Counted from the first letter of the stretch, positions 1 through 12,485 are shown. The stretch: DNA of 64,000 nucleotides from Prochlorococcus sp. AG-347-I04 (GCA_003281625.1 QCBL01000002.1:64545-128544); one strand, 5' to 3'. The notes: generated from the sequence alone by a model not told the origin. Numbers and translations: made by a program.

Positions 1-788
1 AGATTCTCTATAGGCAATTGAGCTATACCACCATCAGGAATAATTCTTTTAATTTGAATAGGACCATATAAGGAATTAATTTGTTTAATTTCAATTTTGT
101 TTTCTGACAATAAAAATAACAAAGCCCAAAAAACTCCCAAACGATCTTTATCTAAATCATTTTTTACAACTGTTTGCCATTCCTTGACTAAATATTCAAA
201 ATCTGTCCATTGTAATGCTTTTTCCCATCCGTCAATAAATTTACCTAATGCTTTTGTGGTTTCTGGAAGTTTCTCGCGATGTGCTAAAGATTTTACTTGA
301 GAAATTAAAGCCTTATCAGAATATTTTTTATTTCTTTTTCTCTTCATGAGCAGAAGATCTTGAGTTTCTATAACTTCTGCTATGGACTCTAACTGACTTA
401 CAAGTTCTCCCAGTGTTGTTGTACGTTTAAGAATTGGTTGTGCAATTGATCTTCTCCTTAGATATTTTTCAGGATATTTTGGAATATCAAATTCTTTATC
501 AATCCAATCTTGATCATCCACGTCAAATTCATCTTCAAAATCTGATGAATTCTCTTTAAAAACATCAGATTCCAAAACCTGAGCCTTTAAATTCACTAGT
601 ACAGAAGCTGCAAAAAATGCTTCACTTGTCTCAGCTAAATCCCTATGATACGAACTTTGACTATTTGAAGATTTGTTGAAAGTATCTGAGTATTGCTCTA
701 AAAAGCTATCAATTACACTTATTACATCAATATCCCATGGATCAAGCTCACCTTTCCCTGCGGCATCTTGAAGAAACTTAATCAACAA
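1..788 (-). CDS. scpA: Segregation/condensation protein A (ScpA), 3' end runs off the window
   Basis: Not in ORF track. Hand translation from TTG at 788 gives MLIKFLQDAAGKGELDPWDIDVISVIDSFL..., still in the same frame at the window edge (...LYGPIQIKRIIPDGGIAQLPIEN). The DPWDIDV motif is typical of ScpA. Confidence 0.85.
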   Translation of the reverse strand, partial: MLIKFLQDAAGKGELDPWDIDVISVIDSFLEQYSDTFNKSSNSQSSYHRDLAETSEAFFAASVLVNLKAQVLESDVFKENSSDFEDEFDVDDQDWIDKEFDIPKYPEKYLRRRSIAQPILKRTTTLGELVSQLESIAEVIETQDLLLMKRKRNKKYSDKALISQVKSLAHREKLPETTKALGKFIDGWEKALQWTDFEYLVKEWQTVVKNDLDKDRLGVFWALLFLLSENKIEIKQINSLYGPIQIKRIIPDGGIAQLPIEN

Positions 789-911
789 TCTAGGACCAAG
801 TTTTTGACTATCGATAGGATCGAAATAAGATATTTTTAAAATAAGTAAAATCTACTCACAAGATATCTTTTAATTTATTTAATGCCAAATAATATTGCGT
901 TAATTTAAAAA

Positions 912-2552
912 TTATATTGTTGGAGCTTTTAAAATGTCATTTTTTTTAGTTCCTGAAAAAATATTTGTTTTCACAGCATTTTTAACTGCAGTTAAATCTC
1001 TATCCACTAGATTATTGATTGATGCGATATAACTTTCAGTAACTAATCTAGGGTACAAACCTATTCCAATAATCGGTAAAAGTAAACAAGCAATAATATA
1101 AACTTCCCTTGGCTCTGCATCTATAAGTTTTCTTTCTTCCATTAATTTTGGATTTTCTTTACCAAAGAAAATTTCACGTAACATTGAAAGTAGATAAATA
1201 GGAGTGAGTATTACACCGATAGCAGCTAAAGATGCCATCACTATCCTAAAAGGAAGTGTATAAACTTCATCAGTAACAAATCCTGTAAATACCATTAATT
1301 CGGAGACAAATCCACTCATACCAGGTAAAGCCAGAGAAGCAAGCGAGCAAGCAGTCCACAGGGCAAACATGATTCTCATTTTTTGTCCTACACCACTCAT
1401 TTCATCAAGTTTAAGAGTCTTTGTTCTGTCATAGGTAGCACCAACAAGAAAAAATAAACTTGCACCTATTAATCCATGACTAACCATTTGCAGCATTGCT
1501 CCGCTTCTTCCAAGACTACTAAAACTCCCTATTCCAATCAAAACGAAGCCCATATGACTTATCGAACTGTACGCAATTTTTCTTTTGAGATTTCTTTGAG
1601 CAAAAGAAGTTAATGCAGCATAAATTATATTGATTACCCCTAGAACTATTAATAGTGGGGCAAATTGGGCATGAGCAACGGGTAACAATTGTGCGTTAAA
1701 TCTTAATAGAGCATATCCACCCATCTTTAATAAAATTCCTGCTAAAAGCATATGAACAGGAGCTGTAGCCTCTCCATGAGCATCTGGAAGCCAAGTATGA
1801 AGAGGTACTATTGGTAGTTTTACTCCAAATGCAATTAATAGCCCGACATAACATAATATTTGGAATTTTTGACTAAAATCTTGAGCTGCCAAATGAGAAA
1901 ACTCAAAGTTAGGAATTTCTGCACCATAAAAACCCATTGCTAGTGCTGCCAGAAGAATAAAGATAGAGCTGCCAGCTGTATAAATAATGAATTTTGTTGC
2001 TGCATATTGTCGATTTTTGCCACCCCATATAGCTAATAATAAATAAACAGGAATTAACTCGAGTTCCCAAGTCAGAAAGAACAAGAGCATATCTTGAACG
2101 GCAAACACAGCGATTTGTCCACCATCCATAACCAATATTAAAAAGAAAAATAACTTTGGTTTGAACTTGACTGGCCATGCAGCAAGAACTGCTAATGCAG
2201 TTATAAAGCTAGTTAATAATATTAACGGCATAGAAATGCCATCAGCACCAACAGACCAAGTAAGGCCCAAATCAGGGAGCCAGCTGATATTTTCTTTCAG
2301 TTGAACATTTTCATTATTAATATCAAAGCCATTTATATAAGAACCTACAGTAATTAAAAAAGTTATTAATGCAATAGACAATGCAAACCATCTAACCTCT
2401 TTACCATCTCCTTTATCTGGGAAAAAAGGTATAACAAATGCACTACCAATTGGGAATAAAATTGAGGCAGATAACCAAGGGAAATTAGATAATCCAGCTC
2501 CTAAAGTTCCCAACATTTGTGTCGCAAAATGCGTAAAAAAATAAGTACCCAA
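912..2552 (-). CDS. ndhD: NAD(P)H-quinone oxidoreductase subunit 4 (NdhD1)
   Basis: NuoM/NdhD motifs [29 protein letters not shown]. True start may be ATG at 2516. Confidence 0.95.
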   Translation of the reverse strand: MGTYFFTHFATQMLGTLGAGLSNFPWLSASILFPIGSAFVIPFFPDKGDGKEVRWFALSIALITFLITVGSYINGFDINNENVQLKENISWLPDLGLTWSVGADGISMPLILLTSFITALAVLAAWPVKFKPKLFFFLILVMDGGQIAVFAVQDMLLFFLTWELELIPVYLLLAIWGGKNRQYAATKFIIYTAGSSIFILLAALAMGFYGAEIPNFEFSHLAAQDFSQKFQILCYVGLLIAFGVKLPIVPLHTWLPDAHGEATAPVHMLLAGILLKMGGYALLRFNAQLLPVAHAQFAPLLIVLGVINIIYAALTSFAQRNLKRKIAYSSISHMGFVLIGIGSFSSLGRSGAMLQMVSHGLIGASLFFLVGATYDRTKTLKLDEMSGVGQKMRIMFALWTACSLASLALPGMSGFVSELMVFTGFVTDEVYTLPFRIVMASLAAIGVILTPIYLLSMLREIFFGKENPKLMEERKLIDAEPREVYIIACLLLPIIGIGLYPRLVTESYIASINNLVDRDLTAVKNAVKTNIFSGTKKNDILKAPTI

Positions 2553-2637
2553 TTTAATAAGAAATTTATCTTAAATAAATTCTAGAAATGATCTGTATTT
2601 TTTCACCCCAATGGACAGTGAAGACACACAATTGTAA

Positions 2638-4659
2638 TTAAGATACTTGAGGAGATTGGAAACCAAATATTGCAACTAGTAGAATTACTCCCCCAAAAAC
2701 AATGAGAGCGTAAAATTGAGCCCTACCAGTCTCAAAATATTTTAAACCTTCTCCACTACCTAAAGTCACAAGACCAGTAAGGTTAACTACTCCATCAACA
2801 ACCTTAGAATCAACTTCTAGGACCTCTTTAGCTAATTTTCTACTACCCTTAACAAAAATTTTTTCATTAATATCATCCAGATACCATTTATTGGATAAAA
2901 ATTGATTGATATCAGGAAACCTTTTAGCAAATAAAACTGACAAATTAATTTTTTTTGCAAAGTATGCCTGATAAGCAATAATGATCCCTGCGGATGCAAT
3001 AAAAACTGACGCTATTGCTAAAGGCAAAAATTCTTTTAATTCAAAGGCTTTTGCAGCAGTCTCTGCTTCTTCAGGATCTAGTAAACTTGCTATTTTACTA
3101 TCCCATGGAAGTCCCATAAAACCTATAATCAAAGAGGGTACAGCTAGAAATACCAAAGGGAATGTCATTGACCATGGCGACTCATGAATAGAGCCATGTT
3201 CTTCGTGCTCTTCTTCATTTTCTTCATCTAGGTCTAATTTAGAAGCTATTAAAAGCTCTTTTTGCAGTTCTTTATTCTCCCCTCTAAAATCTCCTTCAAA
3301 TGTCAAAAAATAAAGCCTAAACATATAAAAAGCAGTCATACCTGCCGTTAGAAGTCCTACAAACCAAAAAGCTGGAAAGGATATAAATGCATTACCAAGT
3401 ATCTCATCTTTACTCCAAAAACCTGCTAACGGCGGAATTCCACTGATTGCTACACAACCTACTAGGAATGTTGTTGATGTATATGGCATTTTTTTTCTTA
3501 AACCTCCCATCAATCTCATATCTTGAGCTAATACAGGCTGATGGCCAACCACTTCTTCCATAGCGTGGATTACTGAACCTGATCCCAAAAATAGCATTGC
3601 TTTAAAACAAGCATGAGTAACTAAATGGAAAATTCCTGCTACCGGTGCTCCACAACCCATTGCGAGCATCATATAACCAAGCTGAGAAACTGTACTGTAA
3701 GCCAAACCTTTTTTTAAATCCATTTGGGTCAAAGCTATAGAGGCTCCTAAGAAACAAGTAATAGTGCCAACTAAAGCAATAATGAACTGAATAGAGGGAA
3801 ATATTGAATACAAAGGTTGTAGTCTTGCTACAAGAAAAATTCCTGCGGCAACCATCGTTGCAGCATGGATAAGTGCAGAAATAGGTGTCGGACCTTCCAT
3901 TGCATCAGGCAACCATACATGAAGAGGAAACTGAGCAGATTTTGCCATTGGCCCTAAAAAAACTAAAAAACAAAGTAGTAAAGCAGCCCAAATAGGTATT
4001 GAATTTTCGGCAATTGATTGAGAAATTCCAGCAGCAATTTCATTAAAATCAAAACTATTTGTTGCCCAAAATAAACCAAGAATACCTAGTAATAAGCCAA
4101 AGTCTCCTACTCTATTAACAACAAATGCTTTCTGTGCAGCATGTGCTGCACCATCTCTGTCGTACCAAAAACCAACTAATAAGTAAGAACACATTCCAAC
4201 TAATTCCCAAAAAACGTAAATTTCTAATAAATTCGGACTAACTATTAACCCCATCATCGAACTGCTAAATAATGCTAGATATGTAAAAAATCTTACATAA
4301 CCCTTGTCATGCGTCATATAACCGTGAGAGTAAATCATTACCAGCAAAGTAATTGTGGTTACTAAAGCAAGCATTACACTTCCCAAAGGATCAAGCACAA
4401 AACCCATTGGAATTGTGAAATCCCCAGCATTAGCCCATACAAATAATTTTTCTACTGGTTGATAACCACTAACTTGTTCTATTAGAGCTTTGTAACTAAT
4501 TACAGCAGAAATCCCAACTAAAGAAATCAGACCAACAGAAACAATTTCTCTTGAGTTGTTAATTTTCTTGTTGATACTTATTAGTCCTAAGCCAGAAAGC
4601 ACTGCTCCAATAAGTGGGAATACAGGAATTAACCAGGCAATTTCTGAAGCTTGAGGCAT
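2638..4659 (-). CDS. ndhF: NAD(P)H-quinone oxidoreductase subunit 5 (NdhF1)
   Basis: NuoL/NdhF motifs KSAQFPLHVWLPDAMEGPTPISALIHAATMV and NRVGDFG; adjacent to ndhD. Confidence 0.96.
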   Translation of the reverse strand: MPQASEIAWLIPVFPLIGAVLSGLGLISINKKINNSREIVSVGLISLVGISAVISYKALIEQVSGYQPVEKLFVWANAGDFTIPMGFVLDPLGSVMLALVTTITLLVMIYSHGYMTHDKGYVRFFTYLALFSSSMMGLIVSPNLLEIYVFWELVGMCSYLLVGFWYDRDGAAHAAQKAFVVNRVGDFGLLLGILGLFWATNSFDFNEIAAGISQSIAENSIPIWAALLLCFLVFLGPMAKSAQFPLHVWLPDAMEGPTPISALIHAATMVAAGIFLVARLQPLYSIFPSIQFIIALVGTITCFLGASIALTQMDLKKGLAYSTVSQLGYMMLAMGCGAPVAGIFHLVTHACFKAMLFLGSGSVIHAMEEVVGHQPVLAQDMRLMGGLRKKMPYTSTTFLVGCVAISGIPPLAGFWSKDEILGNAFISFPAFWFVGLLTAGMTAFYMFRLYFLTFEGDFRGENKELQKELLIASKLDLDEENEEEHEEHGSIHESPWSMTFPLVFLAVPSLIIGFMGLPWDSKIASLLDPEEAETAAKAFELKEFLPLAIASVFIASAGIIIAYQAYFAKKINLSVLFAKRFPDINQFLSNKWYLDDINEKIFVKGSRKLAKEVLEVDSKVVDGVVNLTGLVTLGSGEGLKYFETGRAQFYALIVFGGVILLVAIFGFQSPQVS

Positions 4660-4691
4660 GTCTTAAAGAACTTTATTTTGATTTTAAACTG

Positions 4692-5420
4692 TCAATTGAA
4701 AAATTCAGACAAAAATGATGAATTAAATGTTTTAACAGCAATATTTATATACTTATGAGACCACCAAAGAACTCCTATTGCAATTAATATCCCAAATTGA
4801 GATAACTTAAAAAATTCTTTAATCTTAAATTCTTGCCTCCCTTCAAGTATTGCCATAAAAGGGATTATAGAAGTATTTTTTTTAAACTTTTCAAATTCTT
4901 CTCCAAATCTATTTGCTAATCTCTTATCTCCATGCCAGATTGCAAAAAGATGATGCAAAATTAAGCCAATAGAAGTTATTAATGTGAATGATGTACCAAT
5001 CCATAGAGTATGAGCAAAACACCAAATTATTTGACCGAATGCTTGTGGGTGTCTTGTAATTCTCATTATCCCAGTTCCATAAATTCGTACTTTAGGTTGT
5101 AAAACCGATGGAATTTCTAGCAAATTATAAGTAGCAGGATATAAAAATAAAAAACTTATCGCAGTTAACAGCCAGACTATTATAAAAACGAAATTATTAC
5201 CCTGTAAATTCCATAATCTGATTCCATCATATCTATGAGCTAAAAAATAACTAATCAAAACTATTGCAGATGGCAAACTTAAAAAAACAAAACATAGTCG
5301 CCATAACCTGGGACCCATAATAGATTCTGCTTTGAATCTTAAAGCAGCTCCACCACTATGAATTACCGCAAAAATAAAAATCAAAAGTAAGATTGTTAGG
5401 GAAGTTTCATGAGTCGCCAT
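4692..5420 (-). CDS. NnrU-family membrane protein, probable 15-cis-zeta-carotene isomerase (Z-ISO)
   Basis: FAVIHSGGA and GIMRITRHPQ motifs of the NnrU/Z-ISO family; lies near pds/crtB. Confidence 0.8.
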   Translation of the reverse strand: MATHETSLTILLLIFIFAVIHSGGAALRFKAESIMGPRLWRLCFVFLSLPSAIVLISYFLAHRYDGIRLWNLQGNNFVFIIVWLLTAISFLFLYPATYNLLEIPSVLQPKVRIYGTGIMRITRHPQAFGQIIWCFAHTLWIGTSFTLITSIGLILHHLFAIWHGDKRLANRFGEEFEKFKKNTSIIPFMAILEGRQEFKIKEFFKLSQFGILIAIGVLWWSHKYINIAVKTFNSSFLSEFFN

Positions 5421-5458
5421 ATATTTAAATTATTCAAATAATTTTTGTCCTTAACAAG

Positions 5459-5478
5459 AATGCTTCTAAGCATTAGAA
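5459..5478. promoter_or_regulatory. Candidate LysR-type operator (T-N11-A dyad) in the divergent nnrU/rbcR intergenic region
   Basis: TTCTAA-GCA-TTAGAA (5464-5478) overlaps AATGCTT-CT-AAGCATT (5459-5474). Confidence 0.4.
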
Positions 5479-5503
5479 TTATAAGTAATTGTAGGCATAA
5501 TAG

Positions 5504-6448
5504 ATGCCAGAATTACCATTTACTCTCGACCAATTAAGAATACTAAAAGCTATAGCAGCTCAAGGAAGTTTTAAAAAAGCTGCAGATCTCTTATATGTAA
5601 CCCAACCTGCCGTGAGTTTACAAATACAAAATCTGGAAAAACAACTTGAAATTACAATCTTTGACAGAGGTGGTAGAAAGGCTCTATTGACTGAAGCAGG
5701 AAGACTATTGCTAGAGTATTGCGAACGAATTTTGAATCAGTGCGACGAAGCTTGCAAAGCTATTGAAGATTTAAATAGCCTAAAGGGAGGAACTCTTGTA
5801 ATTGGAGCCAGCCAAACAACTGGAACCTATTTAATGCCCAGAATGATAGGACTATTCAGACAAAAATACCCTGATGTATCTGTTCAACTTCAAGTTCACA
5901 GTACTAGGAGAACTGGTTGGAGTGTCGCTAATGGACAAATTGACTTAGCCATTATTGGAGGACAATTACCTGGAGATTTAGAAAATTTACTTCAAGTAAT
6001 TCCATATGCCACAGACGAATTGGCATTAGTTTTACCCTCTAAACACCCACTTTCAACCAAAAAAGAGCTTTTAAAAGAAGACTTATACAAATTAAATTTT
6101 GTAACATTGGACTCACAATCTACAACAAGAAAAGTAGTTGATAAACTTCTTCAAGATTCAGGTCTTGATATTCAAAGATTAAAAATTGAGATGGAACTAA
6201 ATTCTCTTGAAGCAATAAAGAATGCTGTTCAATCAGGTTTAGGAGCTTCCTTTTTGCCTGTTGTTTCTATTGAAAGAGAATTATCGGCGGGAACAATTCA
6301 CAAAGCATTTGTTGCTGATTTAGAAGTTAAAAGAGAGCTTAAATTAATTACTAATCCGTCTAGATATACTTCAAGAGCATCAGAAGTATTTAAGAAAAAT
6401 ATTCTGCCACAATTTGCTTGTTTAGAAAGCCCTTTAAGACATATATAA
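5504..6448 (+). CDS. rbcR: LysR-family regulator, RbcR/Ycf30 type
   Basis: [15 protein letters not shown]...[24 protein letters not shown]-terminal HTH characteristic of Ycf30/RbcR. Confidence 0.85.
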   Translation: MPELPFTLDQLRILKAIAAQGSFKKAADLLYVTQPAVSLQIQNLEKQLEITIFDRGGRKALLTEAGRLLLEYCERILNQCDEACKAIEDLNSLKGGTLVIGASQTTGTYLMPRMIGLFRQKYPDVSVQLQVHSTRRTGWSVANGQIDLAIIGGQLPGDLENLLQVIPYATDELALVLPSKHPLSTKKELLKEDLYKLNFVTLDSQSTTRKVVDKLLQDSGLDIQRLKIEMELNSLEAIKNAVQSGLGASFLPVVSIERELSAGTIHKAFVADLEVKRELKLITNPSRYTSRASEVFKKNILPQFACLESPLRHI

Positions 6449-6454
6449 TTTTTT

Positions 6455-7078
6455 TTAAAACTGAATTGCTTCTTTGTTTATTCCAACTCCTCCGTCTTCG
6501 GCTTGTCCATCGCCTTTGATTATAAATTTGTTTTCATTTACATCAGTCTGATAAACGCACTTAACTATTGGCTTATCTCTTATGGATCCTATGTAAGCAA
6601 AAGTATTCATCCTTTGCTTACATTCCCTTACATCTTCATTACTAATTGCGCCCTGTTTTTGTAAAACTGTCCAATTTTCTCTTCTAATCACACAACCTGG
6701 CTGGAGAGCTGGTTGAGTTACAAAACTAGTTGATGGGTTAAGGGTTGTATACATTTCAACATCAATCACAAAGGCACTAGCTCCCCATTGTCTGCAAAAT
6801 TCAGGGTCTGGAACAGCCATATCTAACTGTTGTTGACTAGCTATGTTTCCCTGTCCTCCATCTGTTGTACTGGTAATAGCGCTACCAATACCAACTCCTA
6901 AAATAAGAACTCCCGCAAGTACGGCAATGGTTCCTGTACTAAAGTTGATTTTTTGTTCAGAAGAGGCAGGCAATCTTGCGTTTCTTTGTCCATATGGATC
7001 TATGTCTCTTGGATTCGGAGGGTAATAACCTCTATCTGAACCTCTCCTTGGTCTTCTATTTGAGGATGATCTATTCAC
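6455..7078 (-). CDS. Conserved cyanobacterial membrane protein (DUF3172-like)
   Basis: One TM helix followed by [13 protein letters not shown] and [11 protein letters not shown] motifs. Confidence 0.75.
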   Translation of the reverse strand: MNRSSSNRRPRRGSDRGYYPPNPRDIDPYGQRNARLPASSEQKINFSTGTIAVLAGVLILGVGIGSAITSTTDGGQGNIASQQQLDMAVPDPEFCRQWGASAFVIDVEMYTTLNPSTSFVTQPALQPGCVIRRENWTVLQKQGAISNEDVRECKQRMNTFAYIGSIRDKPIVKCVYQTDVNENKFIIKGDGQAEDGGVGINKEAIQF

Positions 7079-7422
7079 AGCACTTTATTTGTCTTTGGTA
7101 AACCCATTGAATAATTCATTACTCTACAGGCAGGGTTATAGCTTAGCTGACCATTTTGAAGCAAAAATTTGATTAAACCTTCGATTTCTGATCCTATTTT
7201 TCGAAGTTCATAATCATCTAAATCTTTTCCTGCTCTCTCTTTTATTAGTTCATTGAATTTTTCATTTATTTTGTTTAGAGAATCTTCGTTCCAAATAAAT
7301 TCGTTATCGGGATCTAAATCAAGAGTAAGTTTGTTTGGATGAAACTGTAATTCCTTATCAACAACTTCGGCAGTAAAAATTCTTACATGCCTTGTTGTCG
7401 ATTTTAAAAGCATTTTTTCCAT
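7075..7422 (-). CDS. ndhM: NAD(P)H-quinone oxidoreductase subunit M
   Basis: [14 protein letters not shown]...[13 protein letters not shown] and [15 protein letters not shown] are NdhM signatures. Confidence 0.93.
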   Translation of the reverse strand: MEKMLLKSTTRHVRIFTAEVVDKELQFHPNKLTLDLDPDNEFIWNEDSLNKINEKFNELIKERAGKDLDDYELRKIGSEIEGLIKFLLQNGQLSYNPACRVMNYSMGLPKTNKVL

Positions 7423-7470
7423 AATTTTGCGTAATATTCAACGAAAAAAACTATTATGTTCTAACTTTAA

Positions 7471-8910
<1,440 letters not shown>

Positions 8911-8947
8911 TAACATTAGAAAAATTATCAAATTAATCTAAAACTTT

Positions 8948-9856
8948 TTGAAAAATTCAATTTCTCAACTAGATCAAGCATACGAGATATGCCGTAAAGA
9001 GACTCAGCAATGGGCTAAAACTTTTTACTTGGGAACTCTTCTATTACCTGAAGAAAAAAGAAAAGCTATTTGGGCTATTTATGTATGGTGTAGAAGAACA
9101 GATGAAATAATGGATAGCATAGAAGCCTCAACTAAATCGCAAGATGAGCTTTCAGACAATCTAGATGAATGGGAAGAAAATACTAAAAATGTTTTTAAAG
9201 GAAGAATTGAATCCGAATTAGACTCAGTTCTATTAGACACCATCCAGAAATATCCACAAAGTATTCAACCCTACCTAGACATGATAGATGGCCAGAGAAT
9301 GGATTTAAATAAATTTAGATACAAGAATTTTGATGAATTAAAACTCTATTGTTATAGAGTCGCAGGGACTGTTGGTTTAATGACTCAGAATGTGATGGGG
9401 ATTGATAGCGCTTATACATCTGCTCCATGGAGTACCATGCCTGATCCCTCCGAAGCAGCCATTGCTCTAGGAATTGCTAATCAGCTAACAAACATATTAA
9501 GGGATGTGGGAGAAGATAGGCAAAGAGGAAGAATTTATCTCCCTCTAGAGGATATTGAAAAATTTAATTATTCTGAAGAAGAATTGTTAAAAGGCAAAAT
9601 AAACAAGCAGTGGAAAGATCTCATGAACTTTCAATTAACAAGGGCTCGCGAATGGTTTCAAAAGTCTGAAGATGGCATTAAGTGGCTATCTTCTGATGCT
9701 AGATGGCCAGTATGGACGTCTTTACGTCTTTACAGAGGAATATTAGATTCTATCGAAAGATTAGATTATGATGTTTTTAATAATAGGGCTTTTGTAAAAA
9801 ATTCAGTAAAAGCTCTTGAAATTCCAATATCGTTTTTAATTTCTCGAATCAAATAA
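8948..9856 (+). CDS. crtB: Phytoene synthase
   Basis: AIYVWCRRTDE, YCYRVAGTVG, NQLTNILRDVGED; TTG start; directly follows pds. Confidence 0.96.
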   Translation: MKNSISQLDQAYEICRKETQQWAKTFYLGTLLLPEEKRKAIWAIYVWCRRTDEIMDSIEASTKSQDELSDNLDEWEENTKNVFKGRIESELDSVLLDTIQKYPQSIQPYLDMIDGQRMDLNKFRYKNFDELKLYCYRVAGTVGLMTQNVMGIDSAYTSAPWSTMPDPSEAAIALGIANQLTNILRDVGEDRQRGRIYLPLEDIEKFNYSEEELLKGKINKQWKDLMNFQLTRAREWFQKSEDGIKWLSSDARWPVWTSLRLYRGILDSIERLDYDVFNNRAFVKNSVKALEIPISFLISRIK

Positions 9857-10276
9857 CTAAGCAGGTGCCTTTTGATTAGCCAACAAATCTTTTAATTTAG
9901 ATAGTTCTCCAGCCCATCTTGGGTCAGGAGCTTCAAGATTAGGAGCATCACTGTGAACAATTTTTTTAAAGTCTTTTCTCTTCTTATTCTTATTTAATTT
10001 TCCATTATTTCTTTTGTTTGAAGCAGAATCTTTCTTTTCTGATAGCTCTACTCTTAATTTAGAACCATTAAATTCAAAACCGTTTAATTTTTGAATTAAT
10101 AAATTTGCATTATCTTCGTTATTAGTTGTTGCGAAACCAAACCCCCTGTATTCTTTAGTTTCCTTATCTAAAACTGCTTTAAATCTAATCGAATCAGAAA
10201 CTGACTTTAAAAGTGTATCGAATTCTTTTGGATTAAATCCTTGAGGTAAGTTGCCGATGTAAATGCGAATACTCAT
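9857..10276 (-). CDS. RRM-domain RNA-binding protein
   Basis: RNP2 IYIGNL and RNP1 RGFGFAT; C-terminal PDPRWA motif. Confidence 0.88.
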   Translation of the reverse strand: MSIRIYIGNLPQGFNPKEFDTLLKSVSDSIRFKAVLDKETKEYRGFGFATTNNEDNANLLIQKLNGFEFNGSKLRVELSEKKDSASNKRNNGKLNKNKKRKDFKKIVHSDAPNLEAPDPRWAGELSKLKDLLANQKAPA

Positions 10277-10334
10277 AAATTTTTAAAAATGATTTTGAAG
10301 TCTGAACTTCTAAACAAAACTAAGCTATGTGTAT

Positions 10335-11552
10335 TTAATCACATTTTGGCGCATTTTGTTCAATCCATCGCTTTGCTTTATAAATAGCTTCATCAAAATT
10401 ATTCAATCTATTATATGCAAGTTCTTTAGAAAGATACTGTAAAAGCTCTCCCAAGATAGGTCCATCCTTGATTTCCAAATTTTTTTTTATTACATCACCA
10501 TTAACTAAGTTTGAGGGATGAAATAATTTATCATCTTTGTCACGCCATCTATGAAGCCAATCTAATTGTAAATTTTGAGGTAAATAAAAAATAAAAGATG
10601 GCAGAAACATTTCTAATTCTTGATGTAATTTAAATCTGTCAAATTCATTTAACTGAGCGATATTTTTATTTTTCAAGAAAAGGTGCCATTTTCGCAATAA
10701 CTTAGTTTTTGCAATATCACCTTTACTAAATTTCAGTTTCTCTAAAGTTACAACATCTAAGATTTGAGCAATAAAAAATGATGGTAAATATTTATCTTTT
10801 TCTTCCTGATCAAGTTCTCCATAATTAATTTTCTCTAAATCCAAAAAAAAAGAATCTTCAAATAAATTTTCAGTATCAAATATATTTAATTTTTTTATCA
10901 ACAATACTGCATCAAGAGCATTTGCTCCATTTACTATTTTCTGTATTTCATAAGTAATTCTCTCTTTTGCGACAAGATATAAGTTCCCTTTATTTTTTTT
11001 TATAAAATCAACTAATCTTAAATCAATTTTAAAATTCAATTCTGAAACAAATCGAAAACATCTTAAAATTCGTAAAGGATCATTTATTAAATTGTTTTCA
11101 GAATGAGTTCTAAGCAAAGAAATCTCAATATCTTTAAGACCATTTAATGGATCAAACAAACTTTTCTTATCAAATAAAAAAGCAATTGAATTGATCGAAA
11201 AGTCTCTAGAACATAAATCTCCTTCTATGGAAGATGAAACTTGATTAGCAATATCAACATAAATATTATTAAGAATAATTCTTACTACTTCTCTTTTTTT
11301 ATCTAAAATTATAAATTTTGATCCAATATTATCTGCAATTTTTTTACCAATTTCAATTGCATTTAAAGGTACCACAATATCAACATCTAACTTTTCAGTT
11401 TTTCTTCCCAAAATAATATCTCTTATATAACCACCAACCAAATATGATCCTTTAGGTAAAAAAACAAAGATTAAATCCAAATTATGAATTTTTATACTTG
11501 TTTCTAATTCATCAATTATTAGTGTATGATCTTTGTGAAAGCTATTTTTCAT
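10335..11552 (-). CDS. Class II tRNA nucleotidyltransferase, probably CC-adding type
   Basis: VGGYIRD, DVD, RDFSINSIA, DPLRILR motifs; shortened flexible loop. Confidence 0.85.
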   Translation of the reverse strand: MKNSFHKDHTLIIDELETSIKIHNLDLIFVFLPKGSYLVGGYIRDIILGRKTEKLDVDIVVPLNAIEIGKKIADNIGSKFIILDKKREVVRIILNNIYVDIANQVSSSIEGDLCSRDFSINSIAFLFDKKSLFDPLNGLKDIEISLLRTHSENNLINDPLRILRCFRFVSELNFKIDLRLVDFIKKNKGNLYLVAKERITYEIQKIVNGANALDAVLLIKKLNIFDTENLFEDSFFLDLEKINYGELDQEEKDKYLPSFFIAQILDVVTLEKLKFSKGDIAKTKLLRKWHLFLKNKNIAQLNEFDRFKLHQELEMFLPSFIFYLPQNLQLDWLHRWRDKDDKLFHPSNLVNGDVIKKNLEIKDGPILGELLQYLSKELAYNRLNNFDEAIYKAKRWIEQNAPKCD

Positions 11553-11566
11553 ATTATTTATTTATT

Positions 11567-11818
11567 ATGTGCATTTGCATCAACTGTAAATGGGTTGATA
11601 GATGTATCACATATCATGATGTTGAGAATAATCATGGTGTTGATCATATTTGTGATCTACCTGATTTTAAAGCAAAAAAACCATTCATTCATGTCAATAT
11701 AGTTAAAGATAATAATGGTGATTATAAAACTGATTGGGATGTTCAATCTTGTGAAAGTTTTGAAAATGAATTTGGTAAATGGTCTAAATGTAATCCAGGT
11801 ATGGAATTACCTGTTTAA
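11567..11818 (+). CDS. ycf34: Ycf34 family Cys-rich (Fe-S) protein
   Basis: MCICINCKWVDRCITYH...WDVQSCESF. Start placed at ATG 11567 rather than the track's 11498, which overlaps the divergent gene. Confidence 0.88.
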   Translation: MCICINCKWVDRCITYHDVENNHGVDHICDLPDFKAKKPFIHVNIVKDNNGDYKTDWDVQSCESFENEFGKWSKCNPGMELPV

Positions 11819-11827
11819 AGGTAATAG

Positions 11828-12481
11828 ATGACAAAAAAACTAAAACAAAGAGAAAGTTACCCAATTTTAGTTATTCATAGCACAGACACTTCTTTTGGCT
11901 TTGGTTATAGAAAAACCAATAACCTTGAATCTGATGAATTATTTATCAAAAAATTTGATAATGACCTTTGCAACAACTTAATTAATGATCTAGATAAATT
12001 CATTTCCAGAGAAAATTTACAAAAAATAAATAAGTTATCTGTCAGTATTGGACCAGCAAATTTTAATGCTTCACGACTTATTGTAGTTTTAGCAAGAACG
12101 ATCTCACAACAAATAAATTGTCCTTTAGACAGTTTTAGTTCATTTGAAATAATGGCAAAAAGAATTGCATCAAAAAATAATATCTTTACAAACAAAAAAT
12201 CATTCTGGATTTACAAAAAATTAAAACGACAGGGTTTTATTGCAGGTAAATATGAGATTTGTCATGACGAAAAAACTTCTTCAGATCTAGTCATTCGAGA
12301 AACAGTTTTACCAAAAGTTATCAAAGAACTCGAGAGTAAAGAACTTTTTTTCGAGGCTATTTTTGATGATCAAGAAGATTTAAAAGAACTATTAGATTTA
12401 TCAAACAAAAATTCATTAAATTCAAATGTAGATTCTTGGGAAAAAGTTTTGCCTCTTTACCCTATTTCCCCAATTAACTAA
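11828..12481 (+). CDS. tsaB: TsaB/YeaZ-like t6A biosynthesis protein (divergent)
   Basis: ILVIHST, SVSIGPANFNASRL and P(L)YP near the C-terminus; the canonical GPGSFTG motif is degenerate. Confidence 0.7.
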   Translation: MTKKLKQRESYPILVIHSTDTSFGFGYRKTNNLESDELFIKKFDNDLCNNLINDLDKFISRENLQKINKLSVSIGPANFNASRLIVVLARTISQQINCPLDSFSSFEIMAKRIASKNNIFTNKKSFWIYKKLKRQGFIAGKYEICHDEKTSSDLVIRETVLPKVIKELESKELFFEAIFDDQEDLKELLDLSNKNSLNSNVDSWEKVLPLYPISPIN

Positions 12482-12485
12482 ATAT

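Noticed and set aside
1495-1520. ndhD reads LGRSGAM where LGTSGAM is the usual sequence
   Set aside because: Single-base difference; cannot tell polymorphism from sequencing error, and function cannot be inferred.
11498-11566. N-terminal extension of ycf34 given by the ORF track
   Set aside because: Overlaps the divergent nucleotidyltransferase start; the family begins at MCIC (11567).
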